A stretch of 64,000 nucleotides of DNA from Candidatus Poribacteria bacterium (GTDB lineage Bacteria; Poribacteria; WGA-4E; WGA-3G). Position 1 is the stretch's first letter, and every line of letters begins with the position of its first letter. The position numbers and the translations under genes are program-made. Shown piece after piece: positions 39,288 to 48,510 of this stretch. The notes beneath the pieces are model-generated. The model saw only the letters and a list, made by a program, of their open reading frames with translations, did no database searches and was not told the DNA's origin. The stretch is taken from contig JAGFCB010000014.1 in NCBI GenBank assembly GCA_022394775.1, positions 7,715 to 71,714 on the forward strand. The letters are read 5' to 3'.

Positions 39288-39378
39288 GGATATACGGAGA
39301 GAACTGTTTTTCCATACAAGGCTCCTGAACGAACCGCAAGGAAATACAAAAAGACGAACCGCAAGGAAATATAAAAAT
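39288..39378 (+). repeat. AACCGCAAGG leader element, copy before ilvC
   Basis: ggatatacggagag... then acgaaccgcaaggaaata(c/t)aaaaa twice, then ATG. Confidence 0.65.
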
Positions 39379-40371
39379 ATGGCAACGATTTATTACGAGA
39401 GTGATGCTAATTTTGATTTACTGAAAGAACGCACCGTCGCTGTTGTTGGCTACGGAGCACAAGGACGCGCACAGTCGCTAAACCTCAAAGACAGCGGGGC
39501 AAACGTGATTGTCGCATTATACGAAGGCAGCCCTTCAAAAGCCCGCGCAGAGGCAGAAGGCTTGAGCGTCAAGAACGTTGAAGAAGCCGCAGCAATGGCC
39601 GATATTGTTCAGGTACTCATACCTGATGAACGCCATGCAGCCGTCTATCGTGACCAGATCGCCCCGAATATGGAAGCAGGCAATATGCTGCTTGTCTCAC
39701 ACGGGTTTAGTGTCCATTTTGGGCAGATTGTACCCGCCAGCGATATTGATGTCGCAATGATTGCACCGAAAGGCCCCGGATCCCTCGTTCGTGAAGTGTT
39801 TGAAGGCGGTGGCGGCGTGCCGTGTCTTATCGCTATCCATCAAGATACGACGGGTCTCGCACGCGATGTCGCACTCGCTTATGCGAAAGGCATCGGCGGC
39901 ACGCGCTCAGGGGTCATCGAAACCACGTTCCGTGAGGAAACCGAAACAGATCTCTTCGGTGAACAAGCTGTCCTGTGCGGTGGAACCGCTGCACTCATCA
40001 AAGCCGCCTTCGATACACTTGTTGAAGCCGGTTACCAACCAGAGATGGCTTACTTTGAGTGTCTCCATGAGCTCAAGTTGATTGTTGATCTAATTTACGC
40101 CGGCGGGTTAAGCAAAATGCGGAATGATATTAGCAATACTGCCGAATTCGGGGATCTCACACGTGGTCCGCAGATTATTGACGACGGTATCCGAGATAAA
40201 ATGCGCCAAATCTTGAAGGATGTGCAGGAAGGTGTTTTTGCACGGGAGTGGGTCTTGGAAAACGAGGCGAATCAACCCGTACTCAGCGCACTCCGCCGAC
40301 AGGAAGCAGAACTCCAGATTGAAGAGGTTGGCAAAAATCTGCGTAGCATGATGAGTTGGCTTGACGAATAA
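39379..40371 (+). CDS. ilvC: Ketol-acid reductoisomerase
   Basis: [42 protein letters not shown]. Confidence 0.96.
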   Translation: MATIYYESDANFDLLKERTVAVVGYGAQGRAQSLNLKDSGANVIVALYEGSPSKARAEAEGLSVKNVEEAAAMADIVQVLIPDERHAAVYRDQIAPNMEAGNMLLVSHGFSVHFGQIVPASDIDVAMIAPKGPGSLVREVFEGGGGVPCLIAIHQDTTGLARDVALAYAKGIGGTRSGVIETTFREETETDLFGEQAVLCGGTAALIKAAFDTLVEAGYQPEMAYFECLHELKLIVDLIYAGGLSKMRNDISNTAEFGDLTRGPQIIDDGIRDKMRQILKDVQEGVFAREWVLENEANQPVLSALRRQEAELQIEEVGKNLRSMMSWLDE

Positions 40372-40402
40372 CCGCTCCTTTTTCTAATTGGTAGGTGCGG
40401 TT

Positions 40403-40496
40403 TTGCGATGTACGCATCTGCCCCCTTGATAAGGGGGATAAAGGGGAGTTGCGGTGTACGCATCTGCCCCCTTGATAAGGGGGGATAAAGGGGGTT
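40403..40496 (+). repeat. Two tandem ~46-bp units carrying a cccccttgataaggggg hairpin
   Basis: ttgcg(a/g)tgtacgcatctgcccccttgataaggggg(g)ataaagggg twice. The hairpin is related to the MITE-A cargo. Confidence 0.8.
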
Positions 40497-40943
40497 ATGG
40501 ATTTATCCGATAACGCAAATGTCCATTCAGACCCATTTCTCATTCGGGAATGTCGTTCAGAAGAAGCAGAAGCACTTCTTGCATTATGGCACGCTGCTGG
40601 AACATCTCCGAGCGTCACAGATACCATTACAGACATCCAAGGTGCGATAGAAAGTTCCGCATTGGTATTGGTTGCTGAAGTGAATCAACGCATTGTTGGT
40701 TCCATAATCGCCACTTTTGATGGGTGGCGCGGCAATATGTATCGCATCGCGGTTCATCCTAACTACCGACGGCGGGGTATCGGGCGAGCATTGGTCAAAG
40801 AAGGCGAGCGATATTTAGCGGAACTGGGTGTTAAACGCATCACAGCACTTGTAGAAGAAAAGTATCCGTGGGCGATTGCATTCTGGGCAGGGGTCGGGTA
40901 TGAAGTAGAGCCAGGAATCGTCCGTTTTTTCCGCAATCCATAA
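40497..40943 (+). CDS. GNAT acetyltransferase
   Basis: FDGWRG, IAVHPNYRRRGIGRALV acetyl-CoA motif. Confidence 0.88.
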   Translation: MDLSDNANVHSDPFLIRECRSEEAEALLALWHAAGTSPSVTDTITDIQGAIESSALVLVAEVNQRIVGSIIATFDGWRGNMYRIAVHPNYRRRGIGRALVKEGERYLAELGVKRITALVEEKYPWAIAFWAGVGYEVEPGIVRFFRNP

Positions 40944-40946
40944 ATA

Positions 40947-40974
40947 GTAGTAGACACACGCCGTGTGCGGTTAC
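40947..40974 (+). repeat. REP-like GTAGTAG element
   Basis: gtagtagacacacgccgtgtgcggttac, 3 nt after the stop codon. Confidence 0.6.
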
Positions 40975-40989
40975 ATGAGGAGGTCAGCC

Positions 40990-42105
40990 GTGAAATTCAA
41001 GGGACATCTACTCGACGATACCGTCAAAAGCGTTTACGGATTGGCTGTTGCCGATATAAACGGTGACGGACAACTCGACATCATCGCAGGCTCCACAGGC
41101 GAACCCATCATCGCTTGGTACGAAGCACCTCACTGGAAAAGACACCTCGTAACCGATCAGGGCAGCGGACACATCACTATCGCTCCTTACGATCTCACAG
41201 GTAACGGCATCCCTGACCTCATCGCCGGGAGCGGTTTTAACCGCGGCGTAAACGCTGCAGGTGGCTACCTCCACTGGCTTGAATCACCAATACAAGACGG
41301 ACAGAACTGGAAAAGCCACCACATTGCTGATGTCCCTTTCATCCACCGCATCGCGCTCGCAAATTTCTCCGACAACGCAATATCGACACCTTTTCTTATC
41401 GTCGCCTCAATTCGCGGTGAAGACGGCAACCCCGGCGAATGGCACAGCCCTGGCTCCCTTTGGTGTTATGAACTCTCTGATACGCCACGAGATACAGCCT
41501 CTTGGCAATCCCATCTCCTTGACGATTCCCTCCACATCAACCACGGCTTGAGCATCAACGATGTTGACCAAGATGGACGCGACGATGTGCTAATTAGCTG
41601 CACAGAAGGCTTAATCTGGTACGAACCGCCTGTTAACCCAATGACAGACGACTGGGGCAAGTGGATTATCAGTGACCGCGAGTGTAGCGATACCTACACT
41701 GCAGATATTGATGGTGATGGTATCAACGAAATTTTAGCGATTGAACCGTGGCACGGGAACAATCTCGTCTGGTATAAAGCCACCGGTGATCTACGCACCG
41801 ACCCGTGGGAACGCCACCTCATTGACGACACACTCAACCGCGGACACTCCCTCGCCGCCGTGGACATCGATGATGACGGTATGCTTGAGGTGGTCTGTGG
41901 CTACAACGGCGAAGGCACAAGTCTGCACCTCTACCGTCCGGAGAATCTGGCGCATAATCACTGGCGTAAAGAGACGATTGACAATGGCGGCTTAGGCGTT
42001 GGACAAATGCATGTCTTGGACGTGAACGGAAACGGTAGACTGGACATCGTCGCCAGCGGCCTCAGCACCGGTAACGTCAAGTGGTATGAAAACGAACCCA
42101 GTTGA
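40990..42105 (+). CDS. FG-GAP/VCBS repeat beta-propeller protein
   Basis: Repeated D-x-[ND]-G-D-G-x-x-D units (DINGDGQLD, DVDQDGRDD, DIDGDGINE, DVNGNGRLD) and EPWHG. GAGGAGG precedes GTG 40990. Confidence 0.8.
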   Translation: MKFKGHLLDDTVKSVYGLAVADINGDGQLDIIAGSTGEPIIAWYEAPHWKRHLVTDQGSGHITIAPYDLTGNGIPDLIAGSGFNRGVNAAGGYLHWLESPIQDGQNWKSHHIADVPFIHRIALANFSDNAISTPFLIVASIRGEDGNPGEWHSPGSLWCYELSDTPRDTASWQSHLLDDSLHINHGLSINDVDQDGRDDVLISCTEGLIWYEPPVNPMTDDWGKWIISDRECSDTYTADIDGDGINEILAIEPWHGNNLVWYKATGDLRTDPWERHLIDDTLNRGHSLAAVDIDDDGMLEVVCGYNGEGTSLHLYRPENLAHNHWRKETIDNGGLGVGQMHVLDVNGNGRLDIVASGLSTGNVKWYENEPS

Positions 42106-42111
42106 AAGCCT

Positions 42112-43245
42112 TTATTTCTCAATCGTCTCAACATTAGCGCGAGGGAGTGTCGTCTGTTGACCGTCATTGAGTTCAACACGCAGCACCCGCACCTGTGCTT
42201 CTGTCTCCAAATTCTGAAGTGCTACCGGCAGCTCCGTAACACGTCCCAATTGTCCGAAATACGGTTCCCGAATAATACGCACTGAGCTGCCAACCTCCAG
42301 AACACCTTCAGAAGCGCCATCCACAGTATCAGGTGTTGATTCTGTGGTCTCTGATAATAACGGAATCACAATCTCTGGACGCACAACCCCCGCACGAATC
42401 TGCGTCGCACCGTTGATGGAAGTCTTCATACCTTCTCGCGCTTTCAGGAGTGTGAACGTCTGCTCCGCCATCGCGATGCTCCCAAATCCTTCTGTAATAA
42501 CGATAGTAATGCCAATCTCCTCGGAACCGGTAATCGCAACCCCAAGTTCATAGCCGAGAAGTTCTCGTAGGTCCGCGTCATCAATACCGCCAGCAATAAT
42601 CCCCTTCACGCCATGCTGAATCGCTTTCTGGATCGCCTCCGTTGTGACCAATGAACCACCAACAAGAATATTATCCCGATGCTCAGGCAGTATCTGTTCG
42701 GCAGACAGTTCATCACTTGGCGATGCCGCAACGATGGTTAAGTTTCCTATCGTCTCACCACCAACCCCAAAGATGCCTTGGATATAGGTCCCGTATGTTT
42801 CCACGGTGACACCTTCATTCGGAACGGTTTCCGTTACTGTACCATCCGTGTAGGCTTTGACTTCAACAGGGACGGGCGGCTCGCGCAGGATTACCTGTCC
42901 TGTAACATCCGATACTGATTCAATCGTACCATCAATTGGTGAACGTGCTTGTGATTTGAAAAGCCCAAAAATTCCTTTGGTTGTAGCAATAATCTCGTCT
43001 TTTGAGACAGTTTCGCCTACAGGTTTGAGCATGTATTCAGCACTTTCTTCTGGTGGAATACTCAGTAGGTTCGCAACGTTTACGAGTTGAACATTGCCCG
43101 GCAGGTCTGCCTTTGCAACGACATCTTCTGCCTTAACTGTTGTACCGGCTTGCACGAGTACTTCACCTTCAAGTGGGAGCCGGCGTTCTTTTTCTATTAT
43201 CATCCCCTCGGTCACCTTAAGACCGGGGGTATATGCATGCGCCAT
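42112..43245 (-). CDS. Conserved hypothetical protein (MAHAYTPGL type); barrel-sandwich-like N-half, KOW-like C-terminus
   Basis: Long ORF with RBS. Motifs GEVLV, SPIDG, IQGIFGVGGE, TEGFG, GSSVRIIREPYFG. Confidence 0.65.
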   Translation of the reverse strand: MAHAYTPGLKVTEGMIIEKERRLPLEGEVLVQAGTTVKAEDVVAKADLPGNVQLVNVANLLSIPPEESAEYMLKPVGETVSKDEIIATTKGIFGLFKSQARSPIDGTIESVSDVTGQVILREPPVPVEVKAYTDGTVTETVPNEGVTVETYGTYIQGIFGVGGETIGNLTIVAASPSDELSAEQILPEHRDNILVGGSLVTTEAIQKAIQHGVKGIIAGGIDDADLRELLGYELGVAITGSEEIGITIVITEGFGSIAMAEQTFTLLKAREGMKTSINGATQIRAGVVRPEIVIPLLSETTESTPDTVDGASEGVLEVGSSVRIIREPYFGQLGRVTELPVALQNLETEAQVRVLRVELNDGQQTTLPRANVETIEK

Positions 43246-43281
43246 TAAAAAGCCTCAATTTCAAAATATGATTCCTAATAT

Positions 43282-43435
43282 AACCCAAGTCGCTACTAAC
43301 AGATTTTGCGCACTTCCGAACGGGTTTTCGTCTTTTTCCGCACCCCAGAGGGGTGATATATCTATAGAAAATGGCGTATTTGCGCGATCGCACTCCAGCG
43401 GAGTGCTATGTGGATAAAAGGTGGCAACTTGCGTT
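43282..43435. mobile_element. MITE family B (154 bp)
   Basis: Imperfect 15-bp TIRs aacccaagtcgctac and gtggcaacttgcgtt. Direct repeat AATAT at 43277-43281 and 43436-43440. Internal palindromes cacccc-aga-ggggtg and gcactcc-agc-ggagtgc. Confidence 0.6.
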
Positions 43436-43440
43436 AATAT

Positions 43441-43473
43441 ATTATACCATTTTGATTGTATTTATGGTAGAAT
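43441..43473. promoter_or_regulatory. Back-to-back extended -10 promoters
   Basis: TGGTATAAT on minus (43441-43449) and TGGTAGAAT on plus (43465-43473), between divergent genes. Confidence 0.45.
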
Positions 43474-43505
43474 GAAATCAGAATTTACATAAGGTGAAGC
43501 AACAC

Positions 43506-44354
43506 ATGTCAAACCAAGGCGTAACCTACAAAACCGACAAAATCATGCCGACGTGGGAACAACTCGCTGAAATAGGACGTGACCTTCGGTTTTATCCGAG
43601 CACCACAGAGCAGCCAAAGGTACTCACTCAGGAACAGGTGGCTAATTTCAACCGCGTCGGTTATATCAAAGGCATCTCAATTTTCGATGCAATCGAAATC
43701 GGTGAACATCGCAAGTACTTTGATGCCCTGTTAACAAATGTCCTTTCAGAAGGCGGAAGTAGTTACTCAATTATCTCTGCGCACATGAGATACGGAAAGG
43801 TCTATGATCTACTCACGCATCCCAAGATTGTTGCCTGTGTGAAGGATCTGATTGGTGAGGATGTTATCGGCTGGGGCGCGCACTATTTCTGCAAAATGCC
43901 GCACGATCCAAAGAACGTCGGCTGGCATCAAGATGCTGGCTACTGGCCCCTCAGTCCCTCTAAAACCGTCACCGTCTGGCTCGCAATTGACGATGCAACT
44001 ATTGAGAACGGTGCAATGCGGTTTATCGCAGGTTCCCATCACCTCGGACACTTAACCGCTCGGCACAGGGAACCTGATGAAAACAGCATCCTGGGTCAAA
44101 TCGTTGAAAACGCAGAGGCGTATGGTGAACCGGTAGATGTTGAACTCAAAGCAGGCGAAATCTCCATCCATACCGACTTGCTGCTGCACGGTTCAAACGC
44201 CAACCCATCACCGAGGCGACGGTGCGGTCTCACGCTCCGCTACTGCTCCTCTGATGTCCAGGCATCGTTTCGATGGGATAGAGAAGGGGTCGTCGTGAGT
44301 GGAAACGACAGAAACGGACACTGGGGCAACCCATCACGTCCTGCTGTCGATTAA
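43506..44354 (+). CDS. Phytanoyl-CoA dioxygenase (PhyH) family Fe(II)/2OG dioxygenase
   Basis: WHQD, TVWLAIDDA, HGSNAN, RRRCGL. Confidence 0.9.
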   Translation: MSNQGVTYKTDKIMPTWEQLAEIGRDLRFYPSTTEQPKVLTQEQVANFNRVGYIKGISIFDAIEIGEHRKYFDALLTNVLSEGGSSYSIISAHMRYGKVYDLLTHPKIVACVKDLIGEDVIGWGAHYFCKMPHDPKNVGWHQDAGYWPLSPSKTVTVWLAIDDATIENGAMRFIAGSHHLGHLTARHREPDENSILGQIVENAEAYGEPVDVELKAGEISIHTDLLLHGSNANPSPRRRCGLTLRYCSSDVQASFRWDREGVVVSGNDRNGHWGNPSRPAVD

Positions 44355-44390
44355 TCCCAAACGGCAGAAGAGGTAGACGAAATCGCAATA

Positions 44391-45167
44391 TCAATTCTGA
44401 GTCTTAAGTGCCCCCCAAGTTACTGCTAATTTTTCAGCAGGTTCAACTGCCAACGCCAATGTATGCAATCTCCGCACCTCGGCGTCGCTTAACGCCCCTT
44501 CAAAAACGGCAACTTCGTCAATAGCACCAGCGTACCAAATACCGCCTAAATGCTGTGTGTAAGCGATTGTCGGTTTATGTGCAGCACCGTAAGCAATGCT
44601 GATTGGATCGGGTGCCTCGGTAGTCTTTTTCAACTCACCGTCGAGATAGATTCGGACAGATTTTTTACTCTCAACAACCCCAACGACATGATGCCACTCA
44701 CCGTCAGTCGGAAACGGCACGTAAGCGGAGGGCCAATGCTTTGCCGCTTTTGCCGCGTCTGCGCGAATCCAGATACCAACATTATTGTTATCCAGCAGTT
44801 GAATGCCGTAGTTATATTTGTCATAGATCGGATTTCGTGTGCCAAGGGTCGGCTTAATAACCGCCTCCATTGTCACAGAAGGGAAGAAGATATCCTCACC
44901 CATTCGTATCAAATCAACAGCACCGTCAAAATCGAAGGCTTCGCTGCGAAACCCGTCGATTTGGTCGGGTTTGCCGATAATGGTGCCGCTGTTATCCCCG
45001 AAAACATCTTCAACGTCTTTCCCTTGAACCGTGCCTTTATCAAAAGTCCAAAGTGCCGCAAGCCCCATTTTTTCTCGGGGATCGTCGGCTGCTGCGGACT
45101 GAATCACTGTGACAGAAATTACGAAACCGACCAAAAGCAGAGCAGAGACAGACAATTTCATTTTCAT
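44391..45167 (-). CDS. Secreted LamG-like jelly-roll protein with KLAxxWG tail
   Basis: Signal peptide, WTFD, FDG, WHHVVGV, IYLDG, GAIDEVAVF. C-terminus AVEPAEKLAVTWGALKTQN. Confidence 0.85.
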   Translation of the reverse strand: MKMKLSVSALLLVGFVISVTVIQSAAADDPREKMGLAALWTFDKGTVQGKDVEDVFGDNSGTIIGKPDQIDGFRSEAFDFDGAVDLIRMGEDIFFPSVTMEAVIKPTLGTRNPIYDKYNYGIQLLDNNNVGIWIRADAAKAAKHWPSAYVPFPTDGEWHHVVGVVESKKSVRIYLDGELKKTTEAPDPISIAYGAAHKPTIAYTQHLGGIWYAGAIDEVAVFEGALSDAEVRRLHTLALAVEPAEKLAVTWGALKTQN

Positions 45168-45235
45168 GAGTGCTTCCTCCTTAGATTCTAATTTCCTCTG
45201 GAGGAAATTATATCACGATGCCTTGTTTAAATCCA

Positions 45236-46705
45236 CTATTTCACATCGCTCCGTAAAAACGTTAAGACAGCCGCCATAAACAGAAGTAGCGCGAGTAAAA
45301 CTAACAACGTCAGGTCCAACAGTGCTTCTTTGAAAGTGATACCTAAAGTCAATTCGTCTGAAAATTTAGGAATACTATTAAAAGCAACCGGTTTTTGGGA
45401 TAACCCTTCCTTTACAAGATAGACATGGTGACTTTCATTGTCTCCTCTGTCCTCTGATTTGATGAAGTCGATAAACTGTTGTCTGTAGCGTCGCGTTTGT
45501 TGCACGAACCTTTGATGTCTGGCAAATCCTGTGCCTGCCAGAGATTCTACGGCGTATGTGTAAATAGCCGCCGGGGATAGCCGCGTAATTTGTTGTGTAA
45601 ACGCAACCTGTGCAAACTGTTTATTTAAATGTTCATCATCAAATCTGCTCTTTGCATCAGCATGTTCATTTAGGTAGTCAGCCCACATCCTTAACACCTC
45701 AATTTTAGGTGGTTGGTCAGAAGGCGAACCTGTTCGGTACAGTTTGTCTCCTGCTTTGTGTCGATTATCAATTGCGTCCTCCTTTGCTTTCTTTATCCGA
45801 GATATTTCACTTCTGGAGGGAACCTGCTTGAAACCGCTTGCCAATACTCCCATTGTGTTCGGAATAAGCACCACAAAGACGATCCAAATTAACAACAACG
45901 TCAGTAAGCTGCTTGACGAATTAGAAAATTGACTTGAGATAAACAATCCAAGCCATAAGAATATTGAGATGTAGATCATAGAAATAACACAGATTATTCC
46001 CACTCGCGCCCATTCGTCTCCGCTAAATGACGCTAATCTTGACGCGCTGACGACCATTAAGTTCAGTAATACGCCAATAAACAAGGGAATCAAGATCGTG
46101 AGAAACGCACCCGTGAATTTTCCGAGAAGTACAGTCGCTCGTGACACGGAATTAGCCATGAGTAAGCTTAACGTTCCTGTTTCACGCTCTCCAGAGATGG
46201 TGTCATAAGTGAACAGAATCGCCATAAAACTCATCACCACTCCGATGATGAACGTCCAATCTAATTCCGTGAAATTGGGTAGCGAATCGTTTTTACGGGA
46301 TGTGTCCTGTGGGTACTGAAGCCACCAGTTTGCTGACCAAGAATACTGGAAACTCAAATCAGGCGTTGTCATGCCAATACCATAGCCGCCACTGGAAGCA
46401 CCTTCAACTCGCTTTGGTAAGTTCGCATCTTCACCAGTAGCAATAAAGGTTAATGGACTCACGGGTTTGTACAAATTTCCTGGGCCTTTTACTGCAAGAT
46501 CGCCTAAATTGCTGCTTTTCTTTCTGATTGACGCAACGGCTTCGCGGGTGTCTTCGGAGTATTCTGTTATTCTTCGCGGATATTGACTGCTCACAAATAC
46601 CCCGGCATTCATCACCATTAGCACCATCACCAGAATTAGCGTGAGGGCAAACCGAAAACGCGTCACATTATCAAGGATTTCCCGTTTTGCTATGTGCCAA
46701 ATCAT
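45236..46705 (-). CDS. ABC-2-type transporter permease
   Basis: IAKREILDN, YDTISGERETGTLSLLM, LLGKF, multiple TM segments. Confidence 0.85.
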   Translation of the reverse strand: MIWHIAKREILDNVTRFRFALTLILVMVLMVMNAGVFVSSQYPRRITEYSEDTREAVASIRKKSSNLGDLAVKGPGNLYKPVSPLTFIATGEDANLPKRVEGASSGGYGIGMTTPDLSFQYSWSANWWLQYPQDTSRKNDSLPNFTELDWTFIIGVVMSFMAILFTYDTISGERETGTLSLLMANSVSRATVLLGKFTGAFLTILIPLFIGVLLNLMVVSASRLASFSGDEWARVGIICVISMIYISIFLWLGLFISSQFSNSSSSLLTLLLIWIVFVVLIPNTMGVLASGFKQVPSRSEISRIKKAKEDAIDNRHKAGDKLYRTGSPSDQPPKIEVLRMWADYLNEHADAKSRFDDEHLNKQFAQVAFTQQITRLSPAAIYTYAVESLAGTGFARHQRFVQQTRRYRQQFIDFIKSEDRGDNESHHVYLVKEGLSQKPVAFNSIPKFSDELTLGITFKEALLDLTLLVLLALLLFMAAVLTFLRSDVK

Positions 46706-46737
46706 ATCGCTTCCTTCCAGACAACTCAGAACCACTA

Positions 46738-48225
46738 TTACACAACATCATATCGCAGGAATGAGATAAATGCACCCATGAAGAGTAGGATGTTTAATAT
46801 AGCGAGTGTCATAATGTCTAATGTTGCGCGTTGCAGACTACTGCCAATGCCTTCGCTCTGTTCCTTAAATTTTGGAACTTTACCTAAATCAAAAGGCTCG
46901 TCGAATTCAGTCGTAAACCATCTGCGTGAAGAAAATATTTTTTCATCTCTCAGATAGTCGATCCATTCACGGCGATATTGTCGCGTCTGTTCCATAAATC
47001 GCCAGAAACTTCCCAAATCTGTTTCTGCCAGAATTGCAGCGGTGTTATAATAAACCGCTGCCGGAGATATACGCGATATGTTTAGTGCCAATAGAGATTG
47101 TCTGTTTGGGTTTTTGTCGAGATACGCTTTGCGTATTTGCCAGATCCTGTCAGCGTATTGCGCACGGAGATTTTCCTTAAACTCGTAGCACTCTTGGGCA
47201 AGAGGCAGGCCTTCTTCATTCCGAAAACCGCTCGCACTGACTGTCTCTCCACTGTCGTAATCATTGACACCTGATCGGGAACCAATGCCACTCGGATTAG
47301 CCAGGTCAAGAGAAGACTCCACCCCTCGTTTTTGTAAGTAGTCTTTGACTTCGGTTTCAAATTTTTTCCACTGTTCGCCCGCCTGTTCTTTATAGGGCTC
47401 CTCCGATTGTATTGGGCTTGCATGTTCCACTAATAAAACTGTTAGGTTCGGAACGATAAGTACGAAAAGTATCCAAACGCACATTGAGAACATCAGAGTG
47501 ATAGAAGGCCTGTCCGTTCGAGTGGAAAGAAAAAGTCCGATAAGAAAAAAGAGAGATACATAGAGCATCGATACAAGGAAGATTAGCAATATCCGTATCC
47601 AATCTGAACTGTTGAAAGAGACGTAAGGAGAGAATTGTATCACCAATAAGCCTGCAACAAAACTCGCAATAAGCGGAAGAGAAATAGATACCATTCCTGC
47701 AATGTATTTTCCCAAAAGCAGTGTCGGCCTCGCAACCGCACAAGAGAGTGTTAAGCTTAAGGTTCCCGCCACCTTCTCCCGCGATATCGCGTCGTAAGAA
47801 AAGAGCAGTGCCAGCAGACTCATTACAACTTGGCAGATTACCGTGAAGTCAATAGAGGAAAAGATGTTCAGATATGGGTTATCAGAACCGTGTTTTTCGG
47901 CAACGGCGGGGACATATCCGTGTGCCACCGTTACTGTATTTCCTTTCCTTTTATCCACGCCTTCGTTGAAAATGCTAAGTAGCTTCGGGCTTCTATCACA
48001 CTTTAACATGTGAGTGAGTCCGAATTCAGAGTATTTCGTTACCTGATTTATCCTATCTTCATTTTCTCGAATAGCAGTTTGGTAGCTTTGGAGTCTATCC
48101 TCATAGCCCCTGGTCAAAACGAAGAGATTTGTCACAATCAGAGAGAAATAGATGAGGAGCCCCATCAGGAATCTGAAACTTAAGATATTCGCTGTAATTT
48201 CCCTTCTAATAATTGCCCAAAGCAT
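46738..48225 (-). CDS. ABC-2-type transporter permease (paralog)
   Basis: IIRREI, YDAISREKVAGTLSL, LLGKY, C-terminal FLRYDV. Confidence 0.85.
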   Translation of the reverse strand: MLWAIIRREITANILSFRFLMGLLIYFSLIVTNLFVLTRGYEDRLQSYQTAIRENEDRINQVTKYSEFGLTHMLKCDRSPKLLSIFNEGVDKRKGNTVTVAHGYVPAVAEKHGSDNPYLNIFSSIDFTVICQVVMSLLALLFSYDAISREKVAGTLSLTLSCAVARPTLLLGKYIAGMVSISLPLIASFVAGLLVIQFSPYVSFNSSDWIRILLIFLVSMLYVSLFFLIGLFLSTRTDRPSITLMFSMCVWILFVLIVPNLTVLLVEHASPIQSEEPYKEQAGEQWKKFETEVKDYLQKRGVESSLDLANPSGIGSRSGVNDYDSGETVSASGFRNEEGLPLAQECYEFKENLRAQYADRIWQIRKAYLDKNPNRQSLLALNISRISPAAVYYNTAAILAETDLGSFWRFMEQTRQYRREWIDYLRDEKIFSSRRWFTTEFDEPFDLGKVPKFKEQSEGIGSSLQRATLDIMTLAILNILLFMGAFISFLRYDVV

Positions 48226-48510
48226 CAACTTACCTCATTATTTTCCATCGGAACCCCTTGCTATTGCTGTTAAGCTTGTATCTCAAATCTCAGTGTTCAT
48301 CTGATTTTTAACCTACGTGACGCGAACTGAGCAGGAAAGGTTGCATAATTCTGCAAGTGAACGGATAGGTGTGTTTTGCGGAAAGCAGCATCAACTGCTT
48401 GAAAAGATTAAGTGACGTTGTGGAGGGTAGGCAGAGCAATCTACTACAGCTATAGGTTAACCCAACAGTTTCAAACACCGACATTAAAGGAAAGTTAGAT
48501 GACTCTAAAT

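Noticed and set aside
40403..40496. Palindromic repeat pair as a CRISPR array
   Set aside because: The whole unit is duplicated with no unique spacer, and the hairpin recurs as a dispersed repeat.
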